Made by a program: the position numbers and the translations under genes. Under the pieces are notes generated by a model that saw only the letters and a program-made list of their open reading frames with translations, was not told the origin of the DNA and did no database searches. DNA of 64,000 bases from Octopus vulgaris. Its lineage: Eukaryota. Within the stretch, counting starts at the first letter, position 1, and each line of letters starts with the position of its first letter. Of this stretch, positions 54,159 through 64,000 are shown piece after piece. The DNA lies in assembly GCA_951406725.2 (NCBI GenBank), contig OX597828.1, positions 62,310,001 to 62,374,000 of the forward strand, read 5' to 3'.

Positions 54159-54389
54159 GGCGGTGAGCTGGCAGAAACGTTAGCACGCCGGACGAAATGC
54201 CTAGCGGTATTTCGTCTGCCGCTACGTTCTGAGTTCAAATTCCGCCGAGGTCGACTTTGCCTTTCATCCTTTCGGGGTCGATTAAATAAGTACCAGTTAC
54301 GCACTGGGGTCGATATAATCGACTTAATCCGTTTGTCTGTCCTTGTTTGTTCTCTCTGTGTCTAGCCCCTTGCGGGTAGTAAAGAAATA
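54159..54389 (+). mobile_element. SINE family B, young copy with Tx1-like 3' tail
   Basis: A/B boxes and central domain; the last 42 nt match the Tx1 3' terminus at 32/42 positions without gaps. Confidence 0.85.
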
Positions 54390-54944
54390 GGTATTTCGTC
54401 CGTCTTTACGTTCTGAGTTCAAATTCCACCAAGGTCGACTTTGCCTTTCATCTTTTCGGGCTGGATATGTACCAGTTGAGTACTGGGGTCGATATAATCG
54501 ACTATCCCACTCCCCCGAAATTGCTGGCTTCGTGTCAAAACTTGAAACCATCATCATTATTATTATTATTACCATTGATCGGGTGGAGGATAGACAGAAT
54601 CGTTGGAGCGTCGAATTTAAATGCCTTGCGACATTTGTTCCGGCTCCGGAAATATACCAGTCATGAACTGGGGTGAATTTAATTGACTCCACCCCTTCCC
54701 CAAATTTCAGTCCCTGAAATAATTACTGTTAATATCGATAATAGCTAGTAGAATGAGTAGAGTGGCAAGGACAAGGTGAGCTGACCGACTTCGACGCGAT
54801 TCGAACCGGGGAATCATGAAGTTATTTTATTCGTTATCTACTTCGGGTGCGGAGCAGAAAATCTTCTACGCATGCGCACAAGCACTTCAGTTTGCTCAAA
54901 CATCTTTCTCACAGGATGAAAGCAACAAAAAAATTGTGTGTGTA

Positions 54945-55000
<56 letters not shown>

Positions 55001-55227
55001 TGCGTGCGCGCGCGCATGCATAAGTGCGTGCGTGAATCGAGAACAGAGATACGATTGTCATCATGGTCAGTTAGTGAAACCTTGTTCAAATGTTTGTATA
55101 TATGCATATGTATATATTTTGTGTGTTTGTGTGTCCCCGGATGAATATACGTATGTATGTATAAATATCGTGTGAGTGCATATTTAGTTACATACATACA
55201 TGTATGTCTGTCTATCTGTATGTATGC

Positions 55228-55292
<65 letters not shown>

Positions 55293-55516
55293 TGTATGTA
55301 TGTATGTATGTATGTATGTATTATGTGTATATATATATATATATATATAACAGAGAGGGAGAGAGGCATGGATAGAGACAGAAAGGAAGTCAGTGTGAAC
55401 GTGTGTGGCAATTTGGCTACCCAGGGTTTCATGTGTCCCGTTAAACTAGCCACCTGTGTGTTTCAGTGTGTGGAGTGTTTATTACCTACACCTATATATG
55501 CATGACAAGAAAGGAG

Positions 55517-55608
<92 letters not shown>

Positions 55609-55621
55609 GAGAGAGATAGAG

Positions 55622-55674
<53 letters not shown>

Positions 55675-56411
55675 TGCACACACATATATGCACATGTATA
55701 TGTACATGCACATATATATGCTACATATAAATATATGTATGTATGTGTGTGTGTGTGTGTGTAGATATATATGTGTACGTATATGTTTGGTGGGGAATGA
55801 GGAGTGGGTAGAGGAAGGCTGACCGTAGTTTGCAGTGATGGTGATAATGATGATGATGGTTGAGGGTAGCGGGTGGTTGGCGATATGACGGTTGTGATGA
55901 AGATAGAGGTTGTGGTGGTGGGCAGAAAAGGAGAGAGAGAGAGAGATTAAAAACCTGGCAATCTGACTGACGGAATGATAGACGAGAGAAGTGAAAATGG
56001 CGGTAAAACAGGAAAAGAGAGAGAACAACAACAATAGGCTGTGATATTTGAGCGGGACTGAACGGTCTTGTCTATGGCGCCAGTCTTTATGAAAAAGCCA
56101 GATCAATTATGTAACAGCATTCTATTTGATACAAAGAAGTACATTTCGCTTAAATCTAAGATCAAATAACAGCAACGAGAAAAGAACAGCTTATAGTTCC
56201 TTGTTAAGAAAGTCTTTACTTGTTTTTTTCTTGTTTTTATTTATTTTTGTTTTTAATTATTATATTATCTTGTGTTTTTGTTGGTGTTGTATTTGGTTTA
56301 CTCATGTGGGTATAGTTTCTTCTTGCCTTTTAATTCTCTGTCCACCTATCTATCTATCTATCATATATATATCTATATATCTGTCTGTCTGTCTGTCTGT
56401 CAACCTGTCTA

Positions 56412-56494
<83 letters not shown>

Positions 56495-56522
56495 ATATAT
56501 ATGTATATATATATATGTGTGT

Positions 56523-56575
<53 letters not shown>

Positions 56576-57244
56576 GTGTGTGTATGTGTCTGTCTGTTTT
56601 TCTGTCTATCTGTTTTTCTGTCTATCTGTCTGTTTATGTATCTTTCTTTCTATCTGTCTATCAATCTGCATGCCTGTTTGTCTATCTACCGGTCGATTTG
56701 TCTATCTTTGAATAGCAAAATAGCACGTCTTTTGCCGCCGTGTTTCCGTTCTGTATATTCCATGTTATATCAGCGACGAGGGTTTTTTTTTTTTATAATT
56801 TCCCTCTTTTACCCACTTTTTCTTCTTCATTTTCACGTTCGCGACACCTAGCTGTCATTAAAGCTGAACTGTTTGGACACCACCTCACCCTACATCGCGT
56901 CCTTCTACCGTACACCACACACTATGCACCGCACCTATCTAACACACCATCGACATAACCTCTGCTGTACATTACGTATAAGCAAAACCATCACTACAGC
57001 AACCATCGCTACCACGACCTTTACCACAACCGTCCTAACCACAATCATGAAAACGCAAAAACAAGACAAAACAAAAATTAATCAACACTCTGCTTTGATT
57101 TAACACGAACGAATTAATACAAAAGATGTCATAAAATTTATAATGAAAAACAAAACAAACAAAAAAGACAATGAGTAATCCAGAAAAGGAAAGAAAATTG
57201 GTTTTATAGAACGTCTTGGTACGGTAAAATTCAAATTTCAATTA

Positions 57245-57300
<56 letters not shown>

Positions 57301-57303
57301 ATG

Positions 57304-57958
<655 letters not shown>

Positions 57959-58139
57959 GGATCTTTGTAGTTATCGTCACTGTCTACAATTTGTTCCAGT
58001 TGTTTTCAAATTTGGTATATGGATTAAGTTATAAGATTAATTATGAAAATGAAATTCATTTTTCCTATAAATTCATAATCAAAAAGTTATTAGCCTTTGA
58101 ATTTTGCAAAATTAACCAATCAAAAGCGAGTATTTTACA

Positions 58140-58445
58140 CATCACCGTGAAGTTCTGTTAGCATATTAAACGAAGAAGTACCATGTATTCCATAGCTGAT
58201 TGCGAAGAATTCTGTTTCCATGGTAACCAAAGTTGCTGCGCACGCGCACAAGGAGTGTAGCCACCAGATTGAGTGTAATTCAACAAATTGAGAGTACCTG
58301 GGCATCTTTAAAGCGTGGAAACAAACGCTGGTGTAGGACACACCATTCCATGGTTGACTCTCTGTGAATTTATGTGGAGAAGGAGATACGAGAAAGATAA
58401 TGTATTTTATAAAATCCTAGAGTGTATTGCAAACTTTCGTTCTTG
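58140..58445 (+). mobile_element. Merlin/IS1595-like DDE transposase relic
   Basis: QQIESTWASLKRGNKR..HSMVDS..CEFMWR resembles the Merlin T..IE..W..LK...YL.EF.WR signature. Confidence 0.65.
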
Positions 58446-58837
58446 AGTTTTTTAACTAATAAATGTCTGTTTTAAACAATGTTTTGACTGTTATTTCTAG
58501 CAACTCCTGTTGGTTTGCTCGTAGCTTTTAAATATTTGCTCGCGAATCTTTTCATGTTTTTCACTGTTTACTGTAGCTAGTTTAATGTTTTTGACATGCC
58601 GGTACCCCTCCCTCTTTCTTGCTACTGTGACAGATGATGGAAGAGGCAGCGAATGCGCTGTTTTCTGATTGGCTGAAAATTCTGAAAATTATCAAACTTT
58701 GAACACCTGTAACATTTTCGCAAATTTTTTCTGGAATAAATGACTAACAAATTCGGATTCATCGTCAAAAATTACATCTATATGATACATGAAAATTTTT
58801 TTAAAGATTTCGACATGCAGTGACGATAACCACATAG

Positions 58838-59043
<206 letters not shown>

Positions 59044-59769
59044 ATAGGCACAAGGACTGAAATTTATTTTTAGCGTGGGGGACTAGTCGATTACATCGAT
59101 TCCAGTGCTTAATTTATCGACCTCGAAAGAATGAAAGGCAAAAGTTGACCACGGCGGAATTTGAACTCAGAGTGTAAAGACGGACGAAATGCTACTAAGC
59201 ATTTTGTCCGGCGTGCTAACGATTCTACCTGCTTAACGCTTTAATGATGATGATGATGATGATGATTTCAAATTGTGGCACAAGGCCAGCTATCCAAGGG
59301 GTGAGTATTAATCGATTACATCGACCCCCAATGTTCAACTTGTACTTATTTTTATCAACCCCGGAAGAATGAAATGCAAAGTCAACCTCGGTGACATTTG
59401 AACTCAGAACGTGAAGACGGACGAGCTGCCGCTAAGCATTTCATCCGGCGTGCTAACGATTCTGACACCACGCTGCCTTCTGCTAGCTCGCAATAATAGT
59501 TTCAAATTTTGGCACATGACCAGCAGTTTTTGAGGGGAGAGGTAAATCGATTACATCAACCCCAGTACTTGACTGGTACTTACTTTTATCGATTTTTTTA
59601 CGTGACTTTCTGCGACAAATTTTTTATGCATGATAACAATTTTTATAACCTAAAGGCAATTCTGTGAGTAAATTAAAAACATTCTGGTCAAATCTCGAAC
59701 TGCAATCCTGAAATTTTGGATTCCTATGTTTTCATTACTGCAGTTGTTAGTGGTGATTTTTTTACATGA

Positions 59770-59946
59770 TATTTTGCGACAAATATGATCATCATTGGGA
59801 TATGACTCTGCAGGAAGCAATTGCAACAAATTCTCCAAAACAAGTCAGAGATCTGTTTGTAGATCTTCTATTTCAGGGTCAGTCGCTTAAAAGCTATATA
59901 CTAGCTGAAAAGCTGCGCTTTGGGGCGGCTTTTCAGCTAGTATATA
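59770..59946 (+). mobile_element. Helitron relic (RepHel inter-domain fragment plus CTAG-ended hairpin)
   Basis: DHHWDMTLQEAIATNSPKQVRDLFVDLL resembles the Helitron D..W...L.EA.....P..LR.LF motif; followed by a hairpin ending CTAG|T. Confidence 0.65.
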
Positions 59947-59952
59947 ATATGT

Positions 59953-60258
59953 GTTACGACAACGAGGGTCCCAGCTGATACGATCAATGGAACAGCTTGC
60001 TTGTGAAATTAACATGCAAGTGGCTGAGAAATCCATAGACACGTCTACCCTTAATGCAGTTCTCAGGGAGATTCAGCGTGACACAACGTGTGACAAGGCT
60101 GGCCCTTTGAAATACAGGTACTACTCATTTTTACCAGCTGTGTGGACTGGAGCAACGTGAAATAAACTGTCATGCTCAAGGACACAACGCGTTACCGGGA
60201 ATTGAACTCACAACCTTGCGATCGTGAGCCGAATGCCCTAACCACTAAGCCACGCGCC

Positions 60259-60260
<2 letters not shown>
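59953..60260 (-). mobile_element. tRNA-derived SINE, family D
   Basis: GGCGCGTGGCTTAGTGGTTAG (A box)...GAGTTCAATTCC (B box). Related copies near 25690-25830(+), 40300-40440(-) and 44855-45000(+). Confidence 0.8.
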
Positions 60261-60321
<61 letters not shown>

Positions 60322-60542
60322 CACTTATAAATTTCGAGAAAACGCTAAATAATACGATTTTGGAACAGTGGACCTCGAGGAGCACAAAGCTACAAATAAT
60401 AGGGTGTAAATATTGGGTTAAAACTGATCCAATATTAAAAAAAAAAACGAATATATATATAATATATAATGTGAGTATGTATATCTTCATAGTTTCTTCT
60501 GATTTTCGCTGAGCTGTGCATAAGCAGACAATGTTTAATTAA

Positions 60543-60600
<58 letters not shown>

Positions 60601-61031
60601 GCATGTATACACGTATACATATAAAATGTATGAATACGTACATATATACATACAAATATAAGGGGAGAGAGAGAGGGGGAGGGTGATCGAGGAAGAAAGA
60701 AGAGGGTGAATTGAAAAGTTTTCAAGGCTGAAGTTCGTGAAAGAGCAAATACCAGAACAGACAGACATACTTAAAGAGAGACATTTGTATTGAGAGAGAG
60801 AGGAGGGGAGAGAGAGGGGATAGAAAGAGGGAGAAAGATAGGATGGATGGATATGTAAATATAGTGAGAGGGAGAGAAAGAAAGAGACAATGAAATAGAG
60901 ACGTAGGGACGGAGAGACACAGAGTGAATGAGTGAGTGAGAAAGACAGGCATATATTTACAGAGAGAAAGGGCCAAAGAAAGACATAAGTGTGCAAACCT
61001 AGAGAAAGAAAGACAAAGACACAGTGTGGGT

Positions 61032-61069
<38 letters not shown>

Positions 61070-61319
61070 GATGTAAGTATATAAGTATAGAGAGAAAAGG
61101 AGGCAAGTGGAATGAGAGATGATAAAAAAAGCGTCGACAAAGGAAGACGGAAGTGGAATCTACAGACGAGGAAATGGAGAGAAATGAGTAAACAAAACCG
61201 AGGATGATTTCAGCTCGTTTATTAATCTCTTCAGCATCCGTTGAGTAACTTTTATAAACAGCTTTAAGGTATGGTTATCACCTACTCCTTACCTCACAAA
61301 CACCACCACCACCGCCACC

Positions 61320-61363
<44 letters not shown>

Positions 61364-61687
61364 CGTATAATACACGCACAAACCTGAATGTATGGTATAT
61401 TGGTATATGTATATATGTATGTATGTATGTATACACACACACACACGCACATATATAAATATATAGATATAGATAGATATAGAGATACATGTATGTATAT
61501 ATATATATATATACATGCATACATGTATATATATATATATATACACACACACATATACACACGCACTCACACACTCATACATACACGCGTGGAAAACGAT
61601 TAACGGTAATGGACAGTTGGGCAAAGAAAGCTTCTCATCAGCTTCAGGATCCAGAACCATGGTTGTTTCGGGGGCATAGTAGCTAAA

Positions 61688-61870
61688 TTGGGCTCCACCT
61701 GCAAGGTCATGCGCTGTTTATCGTGATATGCGATCACTATGTCTCGCACATATGGTTGTGATACATGTGCCTGGTGTACCCTTATCAGACGGGTAGTCAT
61801 GAGGGGTATACTGGGATTCGTATATTTGTACCCTAGTGTCACTTTGATGGCATGCACTGCTCTCTCGCTC
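61688..61870 (+). mobile_element. Family C retroelement 3' region
   Basis: Homologous to 49355-49536. Confidence 0.85.
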
Positions 61871-61879
61871 AACAACAAC

Positions 61880-61966
<87 letters not shown>

Positions 61967-61990
61967 CATAACAATAACAATAACAATAAC

Positions 61991-62025
<35 letters not shown>

Positions 62026-62677
62026 TAACAATAACAATAATAATAATAAGAAGAAGAAGAATAACAATAACAATAACAATAATAATAATAAGAAGAAGAA
62101 GAAGAATAACAATAACAATAACAATAATAATAATAATAATAATAATAACAATAACAATAACAATAACAACAACAACAATAACAATAATAATAATAATAAT
62201 AACAACAACAACAACAATAATAATAATAAGAAGAAGAACAATAACAATAACAATAACAATAACAACAACAACAATAACAATAATAATAATAACAACAACA
62301 ACAACAACAATAAGAAGAAGAAGAAGAAGAAGAAGAATAACAATAACAATAACAACAACAACAATAACAATAATAATAATAATAATAATAATCATAATAA
62401 TAATAATAATAATAAGAAGAAGAAGAAGAAGAAGAAGAACAATAACAATAACAATAATAATAATACTAATAATAATAACAATAACAATAATAATAAGAAG
62501 AAGAAGATGAAGAAGAAGAAGAAGAACAATAACAATAACAACAACAATAATAATAATAATAATAAGAAGAAGAAGAATAACAATAACAATAATAATAATA
62601 ACAATAACAATAACAATAATATTAATAATAATAATAATAATAGTAATAATAATAATAATAATAACAATAACAATAAC

Positions 62678-62724
<47 letters not shown>

Positions 62725-62854
62725 TAACAATAACAATAATAATAATAATAAGAAGAAGAAGAACAATAACAATAACAATAACAATAACAACAACAATAAC
62801 AATAATAATAATAATAATAATAATCATAATAATAATAATAACAATAACAATAAC

Positions 62855-62886
<32 letters not shown>

Positions 62887-63270
62887 TAACAATAACAATA
62901 ATAATAATAATAAGAAGAAGAAGAATAACAATAACAATAACAACAACAATAATAATAATAATAAGAAGAAGAAGAAGAACAATAACAATAATAATAATAA
63001 CAATAACAATAACAATAACAATAATAATAATAATAATAATAACAATAACAATAAGAAGAAGAAGAAGAAGAAGAAGAATAACAATAACAATAACAACAAT
63101 AATAATAATAATAATAATAAGAAGAAGAAGAAGAAGAAGAAGAATAACAATAACAATAATAATAATAACAATAACAATAACAATAATAATAATAATAATA
63201 ATAGTAATAATAATAATAATAACAATAACAATAATAATAATAATAATAATAATAACAATAGCAATAACAA

Positions 63271-63303
<33 letters not shown>

Positions 63304-63667
63304 GAAGAACAATAACAATAACAATAACAACAACAATAACAATAACAATAAGAAGAAGAAGAAGAAGAAGAAGAAGAATAACAATAACAATAACAATAAC
63401 AATAACAATAATAATAATAATAATAACAATAACAATAACAATAACAATAATAACAATAACAATAACAATAATAATAATAATAATAATAAGAAGAAGAAGA
63501 AGAAGAATAACAATAACAATAATAATAATAATAAGAAGAAGAAGAAGAAGAATAACAATAACAATATCAATAACAATAATAATAATAATAATAACAACAA
63601 CAACAACAATAAGAAGAAGAAGAAGAAGAAGAATAACAATAACAATAACAATAACAACAACAATAAC

Positions 63668-63709
<42 letters not shown>

Positions 63710-63766
63710 CATAATAATAATAATAAGAAGAAGAAGAAGAACAATAACAATAACAACAACAATAAC

Positions 63767-63817
<51 letters not shown>

Positions 63818-64000
63818 CATAATAATAATAAGAAGAAGAAGAAGAAGAAGAAGAATAACAATAACAATAACAATAATAATAATAATAATAACAATAACAA
63901 TAACAATAACAGTAACAGTAACAATAACAATAAGAATAACAATAATAACAATAATAATAATAAGAAGAAGAAGAAGAAGAATAACAATAACAATAACAAT
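61871..64000. repeat. >2.1-kb compound AAT/AAC/AAG trinucleotide array, running off the window end
   Basis: Directly visible; triplet phase is maintained. Confidence 0.97.

Noticed and set aside
54840-54880. NRF1/ETS-like motifs (GCATGCGCA, CTTCCGG; also near 25400-25460 and 36790-36820)
   Set aside because: Short motifs with no linked gene or TSS evidence.
59953-60260. tRNA gene-like A/B boxes
   Set aside because: No acceptor stem or terminator; continues into a repeated body, so called as a SINE.
61718-63820. 700-aa and 521-aa ORFs (poly I/V/L, poly N/K)
   Set aside because: Stop-free frames of an AAN trinucleotide array starting inside a retroelement UTR; no domain content.

Overview
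Repeat-saturated eukaryotic non-coding DNA. The microsatellite load and tRNA-derived SINE families suggest an octopus/cephalopod genome (inference). I find no credible host protein-coding gene: almost all listed ORFs are microsatellite read-through. The window holds a full-length but decayed Tx1-clade LINE embedded in (GATA)n, a near-intact Penelope-like element (PLE) RT copy, several PLE 3' ends carrying minimal hammerhead ribozymes, R4/Dong-type LINE fragments associated with (AAT)n, three SINE families, a non-autonomous Helitron, and mariner and Merlin transposase relics. The most notable item is a 357-bp non-coding unit at 27585-28520, present as one inverted plus about 1.6 tandem copies inside (TA)n. 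Each copy carries a type I hammerhead ribozyme at the tip of a long rod-like stem, making it a candidate retrozyme or circular-RNA-producing element. A separate stand-alone full-size hammerhead lies at 35459-35514. All alignments and folds were done by eye, and most TE boundaries are approximate.
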